DNA of 64,000 nt from an uncultured Chloroflexia bacterium (GTDB lineage: Bacteria > Chloroflexota > Limnocylindria > QHBO01). Location: positions 23,158 to 87,157 of the forward strand of contig CAVSAH010000003.1 in the NCBI GenBank assembly GCA_963725885.1, read 5' to 3'. The notes beneath the pieces are model-generated. The model did not search any database. It had not been told where the DNA came from and saw only the letters and a list, made by a program, of their open reading frames with translations. A program made the position numbers and the translations under genes. Positions 30,423-42,471 of the stretch are shown here, one piece after another (position 1 is the stretch's first letter; each line of letters begins with the position of its first letter).

Positions 30423-32063
30423 ATGGGCCGACTGGCGCTCGCCGCCGGCCTCGTCGTCGCCATCGCGACCGTGGTCGTCGCGGCATGGCTGATCGGTCCG
30501 TGGTCGCGCTCCTCCGTTCCCCTCTTCGTGAACGAGGCGACTTCGAGCGGCCTGGTCCACACGTTCGACGGCGACTCGAGGTTCTACGTGGCCGGCGGCC
30601 TCGCGGCGTTTGACTGCGATGACGACGGCAAGCCCGAGCTGTACCTGGCAGGCGGAAGCGAGCCGGCGGCCCTGTTCCACAACGAGAGTGCGATCGGAGG
30701 CCGCCTGGAATTCGCGTCACTGCCCGACGCGGCAACCGACCTCGCCGACGTGACCGGCGCGTACCCGCTGGAGCTCGACGGCGACGGCATCATCGACCTC
30801 GTCGTCCTCCGCGCCGGCGAGAACGTCCTGCTGCGCGGCCTGGGAGCCTGCCGCTTCGAGCGCGCCAACGAGGCGTGGGGCATCGACGGGGGCGAGTCAC
30901 GGACGACCGCGTTCGCCGCCACGTGGGAGGAAGGGGCCAACTTCCCGACGCTCGCCTTCGGTGACTTCATTGCCCTCGACGAGCTCGGGGCCCCGGTTCC
31001 CCCCTGCCCCGACAACCAGCTCTTCCGCCCTGACGCGGGCGGACAGCGGTACGCGCCTCCGATTGCCCTCTCGCCAGGCTTCTGCGCGCAGTCGATGCTC
31101 TTCAGCGATTGGGACCGGTCCGGCCGCCGCGATCTCCGCATCTCGAACGACCGCCAGTACTACCCCCAGGATGTCGGCCAGGAGCAGCTGTGGCGGATCG
31201 AGCCGGGTCAGCCTCCGAGCCTCTATTCCGATGCAGATGGATGGGTTCGCATGCAGATCTGGGGCATGGGCATCGCCAGCCGGGACATCTCCGGAGACGG
31301 ATACCCCGAGGTGTATCTCACCAGCCAGGGCGACAACAAGCTCCAGACCCTGGATGACGGCTCGTCCCAGCCTGCCTATCGCAATATCGCCCTCGCCGCT
31401 GGGGTGAACGCCCCGCAGCCGGTGGCCGGCGGCGAGGATCTCCCGTCGACCGCGTGGCACCCGGAGTTCGCCGACGTCAACAACGACGGCCTCGCGGACC
31501 TCTTCGTGAGCAAGGGAAACGTCAGCGAGCAGGTCGGCTTCGCGACGCGCGACCCGAGCGAGCTGTTGATGGGCAAGGAGGACGGGACGTTCGAGCAGGC
31601 CACCGAGGAAGCCGGCATCGTCGACTTCGCACGCGGTCGCGGCGCGGCGCTGGTCGACCTCAACCTCGACGGGTTGCTCGACCTGGTGGAGGTGAACCTC
31701 GGCGCCCCGGTGGAGGCGTGGCGCAACGTCGGGACCGGCAGCGCCGAGGAACCCGGGCCGATGGGCCACTGGCTGGGGATCCGCCTCGCCCAGGACGCGC
31801 CGAACCGGGAGGGCACTGGATCCTGGATCGAGGTCCGCGTCGGGCAGCGGACGCTGCAGCGCGAATCGACAGTCGGCGGAGGCCACATCAGCGGGCAGGC
31901 GGGCTGGATCCACTTCGGACTCGGCGCGGCGCGCGACGCCGAGGTAAGGGTGACCTGGCCGGACGGGGCGGTCGGTCCCTGGCAGCGGGTCGATGCGGAT
32001 GGCTTCGTCATCATCGAGCGCGACGCCGAGGCACCCGAACCCTGGACGCCGCCCGACGAGTGA
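30423..32063 (+). CDS. CRTAC1-like protein: FG-GAP/VCBS repeats + ASPIC/UnbV domain, N-terminal anchor
   Basis: Repeated D-x-D-x-DG motifs (DCDDDG, DWDRSG, DISGDG, DVNNDG, DLNLDG); C-terminal VGGGHISGQAGWIHFGLG...VTWPDG. Confidence 0.85.
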   Translation: MGRLALAAGLVVAIATVVVAAWLIGPWSRSSVPLFVNEATSSGLVHTFDGDSRFYVAGGLAAFDCDDDGKPELYLAGGSEPAALFHNESAIGGRLEFASLPDAATDLADVTGAYPLELDGDGIIDLVVLRAGENVLLRGLGACRFERANEAWGIDGGESRTTAFAATWEEGANFPTLAFGDFIALDELGAPVPPCPDNQLFRPDAGGQRYAPPIALSPGFCAQSMLFSDWDRSGRRDLRISNDRQYYPQDVGQEQLWRIEPGQPPSLYSDADGWVRMQIWGMGIASRDISGDGYPEVYLTSQGDNKLQTLDDGSSQPAYRNIALAAGVNAPQPVAGGEDLPSTAWHPEFADVNNDGLADLFVSKGNVSEQVGFATRDPSELLMGKEDGTFEQATEEAGIVDFARGRGAALVDLNLDGLLDLVEVNLGAPVEAWRNVGTGSAEEPGPMGHWLGIRLAQDAPNREGTGSWIEVRVGQRTLQRESTVGGGHISGQAGWIHFGLGAARDAEVRVTWPDGAVGPWQRVDADGFVIIERDAEAPEPWTPPDE

Positions 32064-32076
32064 GAATGCGGACGAC

Positions 32077-33453
32077 ATGACAAGCGCGCGTCTCGTCGAG
32101 TTCGAGCTGCCCGACTTCGGCCCTGGCGGGGAGCGCCCCGACCTGGGTCCCGAGATCCACGCCGCTCGCGTCGCAGAGCTGCGCGAGCGCGCAGAACGAC
32201 GCGAGCTCGACCGGGTCGTCGTCTACGCCGACCGCGAGCACAGCGCGAATCTCGCGTACCTCACGGGCTTCGACCCGCGTTTCGAGGAGGCGCTGCTCGT
32301 GATCGGCGACGCTGGAGACCCCGCGATCCTGGTCGGGAACGAATGCTGGGGCATCGCCGGTGCCGCGCCCCTCCCGATGCGCCGCCATCTGTTCCAGGAC
32401 TTCAGCCTCCCGAACCAGCCGCGAGACCGATCGAGGCCGCTCGACGAGATCCTGCGCGAGGAGGGCATCGGGCCTGGCAGCCGCGTCGGCGTCGTCGGCT
32501 GGAAGGGCTACGTGCGGCCGCACATGAGCGACGTGCCCGCGTACCTGGTCGACGAGCTGCGATCCATTGTCGGCAGCGACGGGTCGGTGGAGAACGCGAC
32601 GGACCTCTTCATCGATCCCGCAACGGGATTGCGCGTCATCAACGAGGTCGAGGAGCTGGCCGCCCTCGAGTGGGCCAGCTGCCACACCTCGAACGGGGTC
32701 CGGTCGTTGTTGTCGGGTCTGCGCCCCGGGATGACCGAGCGCGAGGCGGTCGCCCTCCTCGGCTGGAACGGCTGGCCGCTCTCATGCCACCTCATGCTGA
32801 CCGCCGGCGACCGCGCACGGTTCGGCCTCCTGAGCCCCGGCGATCGACCGATCCAGCACAGCGACCCGTTCACTACGGCCTACGGGATCTGGGGCGCCCT
32901 CACCTGTCGCGCAGGGTTCGTCGTCGAGGACGCGACCCAGCTACCGAGCGGCATCGGCGACTACGTCGACACGCTGGTCGGGCCGTATTTCACTGCCGTG
33001 GCCGCGTGGTACGAGGCGCTCCACGTCGGCCAGACCGGCGGTGCGCTGCAGGCCATCATCGACGAGCACCTCGGCGATCCGTTCTTCGGCATCTTCCTCA
33101 ACCCGGGTCATCAGATCCACCTCGACGAGTGGGTCGCCTCGCCCATCTGGCGCGGCTCGACGATCGAGCTGCGCTCGGGAATGGCATTCCAGGTCGACGT
33201 CATCCCGGCAACCGGAACCGAGTGGTTCACGACGAACATCGAGGACGGCATCGCCCTGGCCGATACCGCGCTGCGCGATGCCCTCGCCGCACGCTTCCCG
33301 GGCATGTGGGCGCGGATCGAGGCCCGCCGTTCGTTCATGGCCAACGTCCTCGGCATCGAGCTGCATCCCGACGTGCTGCCCTTCTCGAACATCCCTGCGG
33401 TCCTTTCGCCGTTCGTGCTGCGGCCCGACCGGGCGATGCGGATCGAGCGGTGA
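32077..33453 (+). CDS. M24/creatinase-fold protein with atypical metal-site motifs
   Basis: Creatinase-N-like NLAYLTGFDPRFEEALLVI; C-terminal PGHQIHLDEW, LRSGMAFQVD, NIEDGIAL. Confidence 0.65.
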   Translation: MTSARLVEFELPDFGPGGERPDLGPEIHAARVAELRERAERRELDRVVVYADREHSANLAYLTGFDPRFEEALLVIGDAGDPAILVGNECWGIAGAAPLPMRRHLFQDFSLPNQPRDRSRPLDEILREEGIGPGSRVGVVGWKGYVRPHMSDVPAYLVDELRSIVGSDGSVENATDLFIDPATGLRVINEVEELAALEWASCHTSNGVRSLLSGLRPGMTEREAVALLGWNGWPLSCHLMLTAGDRARFGLLSPGDRPIQHSDPFTTAYGIWGALTCRAGFVVEDATQLPSGIGDYVDTLVGPYFTAVAAWYEALHVGQTGGALQAIIDEHLGDPFFGIFLNPGHQIHLDEWVASPIWRGSTIELRSGMAFQVDVIPATGTEWFTTNIEDGIALADTALRDALAARFPGMWARIEARRSFMANVLGIELHPDVLPFSNIPAVLSPFVLRPDRAMRIER

Positions 33454-34349
33454 GCGGCGGCCGCGAGCTCAGCCTGAGCAGCGATGACCTCGAGGTCACG
33501 ATCCTGCCGGACCTCGGTGGGCGCCTGCATCGGATCCGCGCCTTTGGCGTCGACCTGCTCCGCACGCCGTCCGACCCGGCGATCCACGCGACGGAGCCGG
33601 TGTCGTGGGGCGCCTATCCCATGGCGCCGTGGTGCAACCGGGCGCCCGTGGGGCGGCGCGTCGTGGCGGGGAGGACGCTCGACCTGCGCCCGAACTTCGA
33701 GGACGGTTCCGCGATCCACGGCCTCGTCTTCGAGCGTGCCTGGGATCTCGCTGCGGACGGCTCGATCTCGATCACCGGCGGCGGGCCGGGGCAACCTTGG
33801 CCGTGGGAGTACGAGGTCCGGCTGGACCCGGCGCTCGAAGGCAGACGGCTCGACCTGCGGCTCGCGCTCCGCAATCGGTCTGACGTCTCGATGCCGGCGG
33901 GGATCGGCCTGCATCCGTGGTTCCTCAAACCGCTCGCGGTGAGGATCGGCTCTTCGAAGACGTACGCCTCGAACCTCGGATCGCCGTCCGAGGCGAGCCC
34001 CGTCGACGGAGCCCACGACCTGCGGCGCCTGGGCGAGCCATCCGACGGGCTTGACGCCACGTGGACCGCGCTCGATTCGAGCACGATCGAGCTCGCGTGG
34101 CGCGACCTCGGCATCGGCGCGACCCTCGGGGCCGCCACGAACGGTCCCTCGCCGCTCGTGGCGCTGGCCAGCTTCTCGTCCCTCGAGGCGGTGGCGGTAG
34201 AGCCGCAGACCCATGGACCGGATCCGATCCGGCGACTCGAGCGGGGCGAGCCCGACGCTCCGGTCCTGCTGCCGCCCGGCGCCGAGCTCATCCTGTCCGT
34301 CCGCCTGACCGTGTTCCGAGCCCAAGACGCAGCGCTCAAGGCCGGGTAA
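33450..34349 (+). CDS. Aldose 1-epimerase family protein
   Basis: GTGA overlap; YPMAPWCNR, AIHGL, GLHPWF, AVEPQT. Confidence 0.85.
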   Translation: MSGGRELSLSSDDLEVTILPDLGGRLHRIRAFGVDLLRTPSDPAIHATEPVSWGAYPMAPWCNRAPVGRRVVAGRTLDLRPNFEDGSAIHGLVFERAWDLAADGSISITGGGPGQPWPWEYEVRLDPALEGRRLDLRLALRNRSDVSMPAGIGLHPWFLKPLAVRIGSSKTYASNLGSPSEASPVDGAHDLRRLGEPSDGLDATWTALDSSTIELAWRDLGIGATLGAATNGPSPLVALASFSSLEAVAVEPQTHGPDPIRRLERGEPDAPVLLPPGAELILSVRLTVFRAQDAALKAG

Positions 34350-34358
34350 GGTGCGCGG

Positions 34359-35673
34359 ATGAGCTTGCGATCGCTTCTCCTGCCGCTGGCCCTGATTGCG
34401 GGCGCAGTGTGGTGGTTCATCCTGCGCACCGGGCCCCGCCTCATGCCCGGTCCGAACTCCGGCCCGATCGAGGTCGACGAGGCCATGGAGTACGCGCGCC
34501 GCTCCCTGGAGAAGCCCGGGCCTCGGCATGAGGACCTGGCGCGGCTGTGGAGCCCTTCGACGGCTGCCGGTCTCGAGGTGCTTCCCGAGGGACGGACCTT
34601 CTTCCCGCGGATGCTCGAGGACATCGCCGGCGCCCGGCACTCGGTGCACATCATGGAGTACGGCTTCCAGCCCGGGATCATCGGCGACCAGTTCGCGCCG
34701 CTGTTCAAGGCCAAGGTCGCCGGAGGGGGTCAAGGTGCGCACTCGTCGTGGACGCGCTCGGCAGCCACGCGTACACCGGGTCGAGCCAGATGTTCAACTC
34801 CCTCGCCGCCGCGGGCGTCGAGGTGATGCTCCACGACCTGGTGCCGCCGGATCGCCAGGGACCCGTTGGCTCCCGACGGCTCGTGCCGCGCCTCTGGCAG
34901 ACGGGCCGGGTCGAGCATCGCAAGCTGGTCCTCGTCGATGGCACGGTCGCCTACATCGGCGGGGCCGGGCTCGAGGATCACTTCTTCAACGGCAAGTTCC
35001 ACGACGTCTACATCCGATTCACCGGACCGGTCACCCGCCAGCTCCAGGCCATCTTCCTGGCGACCTTCGCCTATCACGGCGGCTCGCTGGCCGAGGGAGA
35101 GGATCTCGAGAGCTACTTCCCGTCGGTGACGGAGGAGGGGCCGCACCCGGTCACGGTCCTCATGAACTGGCCCCGTGGATGGCTGCCGCTGACCGATGCC
35201 GCGATCGAGATGATCCGCACCTCGACGCGGCGGCTCGACATCATGAACTACTACATCGGCGATCGCGATCGTCATCCGCGAGATCCTTGCCGCCGCTCGC
35301 CGCGGCGTCCACGTCAGGCTGGTGATCGCCGACGCGGCGCATGGGAACGCGGTCACGTATCGGGCCTTCCTTCACATGTACGACGAGATGCTCGCCGCCG
35401 GCGTCGAGATCTGGGAGTACCCCGCGGTCGTCCACGCCAAGGTGATCGTCTCCGACGATCGGGTGCTCATCGGCACGCTCAACCTCGACGCGTGGGCGAT
35501 GTACCGCAATCCCGAGATGGGCCTGCGCTTCGACGACGCGACCGTCGCCGAGCAGGTGGTGTCGGTGCTGTTCGAGCCCGACATCGCCAACGTGCGTGCC
35601 CGGCCAGCCAGCGAACGGGCGGCTCCAGCGCGCGCGGAACCGCGCCTTCGCCAAGGCCAACTACATCCTGTAG
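34359..35673 (+). CDS. Phospholipase D / cardiolipin synthase-like protein; about 3 frameshifts (~34725, ~35270, ~35600)
   Basis: Two HKD motifs HRKLVLVDG and HAKVIVSDD; N-terminal TM. Confidence 0.82.
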
Positions 35674-35702
35674 GTGCGGCCCGTCCTCGCTATCGTTGGT
35701 CC

Positions 35703-37934
35703 ATGACACCCGGAACGGCCGGCCTGGGCCCCGCGCGCGACGAGCTGCTGCGGCTCGCTCGTGGCGAGCATCACGACCCCCACGCCATCCTCGGGGCGCA
35801 CCCGGTCGGCGATGGGACGGTCATCCGCGCCTTCCATCCGGACGCCACCGGCGTCGACCTGGTCGCCGCCCAACGGCGGGACGCAGGCGATGGAGCCGCT
35901 CGGCGAGGGCCTGTGGGCCGGGATCGTCGCCGAGCCTCGCACCGAGCGCGTTCCGCTACCGGATCCGCTTCTCGTTCGCCGACGGCAACACCTGGGAGCG
36001 TGACGATCCGTATCCGCTTCGGGCCGACCGTCGGCGAGATCGACCTGCACCTCGTCGCGCGAGGGCACCCACGAGCGCCTGTACGACGTGCTCGGCGCTC
36101 ATCCGCGCACGCACGAGGGCACCAGCGGCGTCAGCTTCGCGGTCTGGGCGCCGAACGCGCGCAGCGTCCGGATCGTCGGCGACTTCGACCGCTGGGACGG
36201 CCGCCTCCTGCCGATGCGGTCGATGGGCGCCTCGGGCGTGTGGGAGCTCTTCGTGCCGGGCATCGGCGTCGGCGAGCTCTACAAGTTCGAGGTGCTCGGG
36301 CAGCGACGGCACGCTGCGCCTCAAGGCCGATCCCTTCGCCTTCGCAATGCAGGTCCGGCCCGAGACCGCGTCGCGCGTCTGGGATCCGCTCAGACGTACC
36401 CCTGGACCGATGCGGACTGGATGGCCGCAGCGGGCGCAGCCGCGACCCGTATCGGTCACCGATGTCGGTCTACGAGGTCCACCTCGGCTCGTGGATGCGC
36501 AACGACGACGGCTCGTGGCTCGGATACCGCCAGGCGGCCGAGCGAGCTCGCGGTGCACTGCCGCGCGTTCGGCTTCACGCACGTCGAGCTGCTGCCGGTC
36601 GCCGAGCATCCGTTCGACGGCTCGTGGGGCTACCAGGTCACCGGCTACTACGCGCCCACCGCGCGCTTCGGCAACCCCGACGACTTCGCCGCCATGGTCG
36701 ACACGCTCCACAACGCCGGGATCGGGGTGATCGTGGACTGGGTGCCGGCCCACTTCCCGAACGACGACTTCGCGCTGCGCAAGTTCGACGGCACGCCGCT
36801 CTACGAGCACGCCGATCCGCAGCGCGGCGAGCACCCGGACTGGGGCACCCTCATCTTCGACTTCGGCCGTCCCGAGGTGCGCAACTTCCTCGTCGCCAAC
36901 GCGCTCTTCTGGTGCGACCGGTATCACATCGACGGGCTGCGGGTCGATGCGGTGGCCTCGATGCTCTACCTCGACTACTCGCGCAAGGCCGGCGAGTGGA
37001 CGCCGAACCGGTACGGCGGCAACGAGAACCTCGAGGCCATCGCCTTCCTGCGCGAGGTGAACGAGCGCGTCTACCGTCACTCACCCGGGCGTCGTGACGA
37101 TCGCCGAGGAGTCGACCGCCTTCCCCGGCATCACCCGCCCGACCTACCTCGGCGGCATCGGCTTCGGCTTCAAGTGGGACATGGGCTGGATGCACGACAC
37201 GCTCGCCTACTTCGCCGAGGACCCGGTCCACCGCCGCTTCCACCACGACCGGCTCACGTTCCGCGGCCTGTACGTCAGACCGAGCACGTTCGTCCTGCCG
37301 CTGTCGCACGACGAGGTCGTGCACGGCAAGGGGTCGCTGCTGCGCAAGATGCCCGGCGACGAGTGGCAGCGCTTCGCGAACCTGCGCGCCCTGCTCGTCG
37401 ACATGTGGGCGCAGCCCGGCAAGAAGCTGCTGTTCATGGGCGCCGAGCTGGCGATGCCCGACGAGTGGTCCCACGACGCGCGCGCTGCCGTGGGAGCTGC
37501 TCGAGGCGCCGATGCACGGCGGCGTCGGCCCGCTTCGTCGAGGACCTCGGCCGCGTCTACGGTGAGACCCCCGGCTCTCTGGGCCGGCGACCACGAGCCC
37601 GATGGCTTCGCCTGGATCGACGCCTCCGACGTCGAGTCCTCGGTGTACTCGTGGATCCGGCGCGCCGGCGACGAGGTCTGCGTCGTGGTGCTCAACCTGA
37701 CGCCGGTGCCGCGTCACGGACTATCGGCTCGGCCTCCCGGCCGGAGGACGATGGGAGGAGGCCCTCAACTCCGACTCCGAGCACTACGGCGGCTCGAACC
37801 TCGGCAACCTCGGAGGCATCGAGGCGACCGACGAGTCGTGGCACGGGCAGCCGTTCTCCGCGGACCTGAGCCTGCCTCCGCTGGCGGGCCTGATCCTGCG
37901 ACCGGCCGCGGAGCCCGAGGTGATCGGCAGCTGA
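35703..37934 (+). CDS. glgB: 1,4-alpha-glucan branching enzyme GlgB; many frameshifts (about 8-10)
   Basis: [83 protein letters not shown] across several frames. Confidence 0.9.
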
Positions 37935-37950
37935 GGCCGCACTCCGCGGG

Positions 37951-38502
37951 TCAGTGCCCGACGAGGCCCTTGATCCAGAGCGCCGCGAGGGTCGCGGCCA
38001 CGAGGCCGAGCACCGAGAGCACCGCCCGCATGCGGCTGAGCGGGATCATGCGTGCGGCAATATAGCCCGTTCCCGCAACCAGCCCGAGCAGGAGGAGCTC
38101 CGCCACCTCGAGGCCGATCTCGTCCGGCAGGAGCAGCACCGGGGCAAGGGCGATGGAGGTCACCGCCAGGCCTCCCGCCAGCTGCGCGCCAACGAGGCGC
38201 ACGTGCTCGCCGACGAGCCGGCCCCGATGGGTGAGCCGGGCCGACAGGCGGAAAGCGATGAGGTGGGCCAGCAGCAAGCCGATCGAAGTGAGCAAGACGA
38301 TCCGAACGGGCTCGGTCAGGGAGGACGACGGGATCCCGACGAGCACCGCCAGCAGCGAGATGCCCACGTAGAGGGCCATCGTGACCGCCTCCTGAGCCGT
38401 CTCGCTCTCGAGCTGACGGATCAGGCGGCCCTTCGCCGCACCTTCGACCGTCTCCGGCTCGACGGTCGGTGGCTCGAGGGAGCGGGGCTCGTTCGTCGTC
38501 AT
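37951..38502 (-). CDS. Uncharacterised membrane protein (about 5 TMs)
   Basis: ATG 38502 overlaps the malQ stop (ATGA); hydrophobic 183 aa. Confidence 0.7.
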   Translation of the reverse strand: MTTNEPRSLEPPTVEPETVEGAAKGRLIRQLESETAQEAVTMALYVGISLLAVLVGIPSSSLTEPVRIVLLTSIGLLLAHLIAFRLSARLTHRGRLVGEHVRLVGAQLAGGLAVTSIALAPVLLLPDEIGLEVAELLLLGLVAGTGYIAARMIPLSRMRAVLSVLGLVAATLAALWIKGLVGH

Positions 38503-40313
38503 CGGCGATCCACCGCCGTCACCGTCGACTCGACGCCCGGGTCCTCGGCGAGCTCCTCGACGGGAACCGGCAGGGCCATCGACCAGTTCGGCCGCTGCGC
38601 CAGGGCCGTGCCGGGGATGTTCGGCCTTCGCATGACCCCGAGCGCGTCGGTGAGGTTCACCGTCACGAGTGCGGCGGGCGACCTCCCCAGCGCGCGGTGG
38701 ATTCCGAGGGTCACCTCCTCGAGCGACGCATCCTTTCCCACCCCGGCGGCCGCCGCCAGCCGCGCGCGCAGGAGTCCGAGGCCGAGCGAGTCCTCCGAGA
38801 CGCCCGCCGCGCGCTGATCGATGAGATCCGCCCCCGTCCACGTTCCCCCGAGCGTCGGCAGGTCGTGGGTCGTGACGCCCGCCACGCTCAGGCGTGGATA
38901 GCGGGCGGGCGGCACGCGCTCAAAGTAGGCGAGGCGCGTCGAGAGGATCCGACGGCGACGCAGCTCTGGCCTGACTCCCGTCGGAACCGTCCCCAGGTCC
39001 TCACCGATCACGATCGCACCCGCGCGGACGGACTCGATCGCCACGATCTCGAGCAGCTCCGCGGTCGGCTGGCGGACGTACGCGCCTCCGCGCGGGTCGC
39101 CGGAGCCGGGCACCCACCACTGGCGGAAGAGGCCCAGGACGTGATCGATGCGCAGCCCTGACGCGGATCGCAGCTGCGCGCGGATCGTCTCGATGAACGG
39201 AGCGAACCCGACGGCGCGCAGCCGGTTCGGGCCGAAGGCCGGCATGCCCCAATCCTGCCCGGCGGCGTTGAACCGATCGGGCGGCACGCCGATGGACATC
39301 CCCGGCGCCAGGTGCTCCTGCCAGTCCCACGCATCGAACCCGCCGGGGTCGAACCCGACGGGCATGTCCGCGACGCGCCCGACCGGCGCCGCGGCGCGCT
39401 CGAGCTGGCCGGCCAGGCACCACTGCACCCAGCCGTGGAACGCGGCACGCTCCGGATCGCCGTGCATGAACGGGCGCAGGGCGGTCCCGCGCGGCGAGCG
39501 CATCGGCTCGGGCCAGCGGCGCCAGTCCGCCCCGTGGCTCGCGGCCGCGAGGCAGTACGCGGCCCAGCGCTCCAGGTCGTCGCCCTGCGCAGCCCGCCAG
39601 GCATCGAATGCGGGGCGATCGAAGGCGCCACGGCGCCATGCTCGGTCCAGCGCCTCGGCCTTGAGGGCCAGCACCCGGCGCCGGTCGACGATGGGGTCGT
39701 CGTCGAGGGCCAGCGCCTCCCGAACGGCCGGATCGGACGGGTCGGCGCCGGGCACCTCGGGGATGCACAGGTGGATCGGGTCGAGCCAGCGGCGCGTGCT
39801 CGGGAAGTACGGGCTCGGGTCCGGGTCCGGCCCGGGCTGTGGCGCGACGAGCGGCCCGGTGACCACGAACCCCGCACCGATCGACGCCGCCCACTCCCCG
39901 AGCTGACGCAGGTCGCGCAGGTCACCGCTCCCCCACGAGGACCGGGAGCGCGTCGTCGGAAGCTGAACGACCCAGCCCCAGGCGTGCAGGTCCGGAGGCA
40001 GATGGCAGGCACCCGGGCCGCTGAGCAGAGCTCGCACCACGCCGTCGTCGCCCGCGAGCCGGTGATAGCCGTGCGGGACGTCCCGTGGCAGCGCCTCGAG
40101 GCGCCCGAGGTCGGTCCCGTCCTCCAGACTCACCTCCCCGCGGACCGGCAGCCGCGCGCCGGGACGCACGATCGCCACCGGGTCGACCGCCGCGGGAGCC
40201 CCGATTGCCGCCAGCGCCGCGGACCGAGCGGCTGGCGAGACCGTGACCCACCGACGGCTGGCGTCGCGGTAGGTCCGCGGGACGAGCTCGATGGGATCAG
40301 TCGCGACGGGCAC
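38499..40313 (-). CDS. malQ: 4-alpha-glucanotransferase (GH77)
   Basis: [66 protein letters not shown]. Confidence 0.93.
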   Translation of the reverse strand: MPVATDPIELVPRTYRDASRRWVTVSPAARSAALAAIGAPAAVDPVAIVRPGARLPVRGEVSLEDGTDLGRLEALPRDVPHGYHRLAGDDGVVRALLSGPGACHLPPDLHAWGWVVQLPTTRSRSSWGSGDLRDLRQLGEWAASIGAGFVVTGPLVAPQPGPDPDPSPYFPSTRRWLDPIHLCIPEVPGADPSDPAVREALALDDDPIVDRRRVLALKAEALDRAWRRGAFDRPAFDAWRAAQGDDLERWAAYCLAAASHGADWRRWPEPMRSPRGTALRPFMHGDPERAAFHGWVQWCLAGQLERAAAPVGRVADMPVGFDPGGFDAWDWQEHLAPGMSIGVPPDRFNAAGQDWGMPAFGPNRLRAVGFAPFIETIRAQLRSASGLRIDHVLGLFRQWWVPGSGDPRGGAYVRQPTAELLEIVAIESVRAGAIVIGEDLGTVPTGVRPELRRRRILSTRLAYFERVPPARYPRLSVAGVTTHDLPTLGGTWTGADLIDQRAAGVSEDSLGLGLLRARLAAAAGVGKDASLEEVTLGIHRALGRSPAALVTVNLTDALGVMRRPNIPGTALAQRPNWSMALPVPVEELAEDPGVESTVTAVDRR

Positions 40314-42471
40314 GTCGATGGCGCGGCAGGCGGCGGAGGCAGACCACGGAGCGCTCGGCAACGCGGTAGACGGCGCCGCCATCGTGGTCGGCGTGCGCTG
40401 CGGTGAACGTCGGGTGGACGGTGTCGAACACGACCTCCCAACGCCGCGCCGTGCCGTGGTTCGGCAGGGTGAACGCCACCGGCCGTTCGTCCGCGTTGAG
40501 GATGATGAGGAAGGTGTCGTCGCTGATCCGCTCGCCGTGCGGGCCCCGCTCGTCGATGGCGTCACCGGCGTATTGCACGGCCAGGATGCGGACACCCGGC
40601 GCGGACCATTGCTCGTCGGTCATTTCGGAGCCGTCGGGGCCGAACCAGGTGAGGTCCTTTACGCGCGATCCGCGGATCTGGCGACCCTGGAAGAAGTGGC
40701 GCCGACGGAGCACGGGGTGGCGCTTGAAGAGCGTGACGAGGGACCGAGTGAAGGCGAGCAGCTGGCGCTCGCGCCGGTCGAGGGACCAGTCGAACCAGCT
40801 GATCTCGTTGTCCTGGGCGTAGCCGTTGTTGTTGCCGCCCTGGGTGCGGCCCATCTCGTCGCCGCCGAGCAGCATCGGCACCCCCTGCGACAGGAGGAGC
40901 GTGGCCAGCAGGTTGCGCTTCTGGCGATCTCGTGCGGCGAGGACGGCCTCGTCATCGGTCTCGCCCTCGACCCCGAAGTTGAGGCTGTTGTTGTCGTCGT
41001 CGCCATCGCGGTTGCTCTCGCCATTGGCCTCGTTGTGCTTGGTCTCGTAGCTGACGAGGTCGTCGAGCGTGAAGCCGTCGTGAGCGGTCACGAAGTTGAT
41101 CGATGCGTGAGGCTGCCGGCCGGAGCTCGCATACAGGTCGGACGACCCGCTCAGCCGATACGCGAGCTCCGCGGTCTGCCCTCCGACGCCCTTCCAGAAG
41201 CGCCTGACCGTGTCGCGGTACTTCCCGTTCCACTCCGCCCAGCCCACCGGGAAGTTCCCGACCTGGTAGCCGCCGGGACCGACGTCCCACGGCTCGGCAA
41301 TGAGCTTGACCTGGCTGATGATCGGGTCCTGGTGAATGATGTCGAAGAAGCTGCCGAGCTTGTCCACGTCGTGGAGCTCGCGCGCCAGGGCCGATGCGAG
41401 GTCGAAGCGGAAGCCGTCGACGTGCATCTCGGTGATCCAGTAGCGCAGCGAGTCCATGATCAGGCGCAGGACGCGGGGCGAGGTCGCGTCGAGCGTGTTG
41501 CCGGTGCCGGTGTAGTCGATGTAGTGCGCCCGGTCGTCGGGGCTGAGGCGGTAGTAGTCGAAGTTGTCGATGCCCCGGAAGCTGAGCGTCGGGCCGAGAT
41601 GGTTGCTCTCGCCGGTGTGGTTGTAGACGACGTCGAGGATCACCTCGATGCCCGCGTCGTGCAGCCGGCGCACCATCGACTTGAACTCGCCGACCGGGTC
41701 GTCGGTGGCGGCGTAGCGGACGTCCGGAGCGAGGAAGGCGATGGTGTTGTAGCCCCAGTAGTTGACGAGCCCTCGATCGACGAGGTGGCGCTCGTCCACG
41801 TGCTGATGCACCGGCAGCAGCTCGACCGCCGTGACGCCGAGCTGGACGAGGTGCTCGACGGCCGGGGCCGAGCTCATCCCGGCATACGTGCCGCGCAGCT
41901 CCGGCGCGACGTCGGGATGGCGACGGGTGAAGCCGCCGACGTGGACCTCGTAGATGAGGGTCGACTCGAACGCCGTCCGCGGCGGGGCATCGTCGCCCCA
42001 GCTGAAGGAACCGTCGACCACGACCGCCTTGGGCACGAACGGCGCGCGAGTCGCGCTCGTCGGCCGCCCCGTCCTTGTCGCCGATGCGGTAGCCGAAGAG
42101 CGCGTCGTCCCAGCGCACGGCTCCGTCCAATCGCTTGGCATACGGATCGATGAGCAGCTTCGCCGGGTTGAAGCGGTGCCCGTCATGCGGCGCATAGGGT
42201 CCGTGGACGCGGTAGCCGTAGCGCTGGCCCGGGCGCGCATCGGGCAGGTAGCAGTGCCAGATGAGCTCGCTGCGCTCGGTGAGGCGCACGCGCTCCTCGT
42301 CCCCTGCGTCGTCGAAAAGGCACAGGTCGACCGCCGTGGCGTGCTCGCTGAAGATCGCGAAGTTCACCCCCGAGCCGTCCCAGGTCGCGCCGAGCGGATA
42401 CGGCGCGCCTCGCCAGACCCTCACGGCCACGTCGGGGAGTCGGCGCTCGGGATGCAGGCGGTGGGGCTCAC
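40297..42471 (-). CDS. glgX: Glycogen debranching enzyme GlgX; frameshifts ~42450 and ~42045
   Basis: [52 protein letters not shown]; GTG 42471 overlaps the upstream TGA. Confidence 0.93.
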
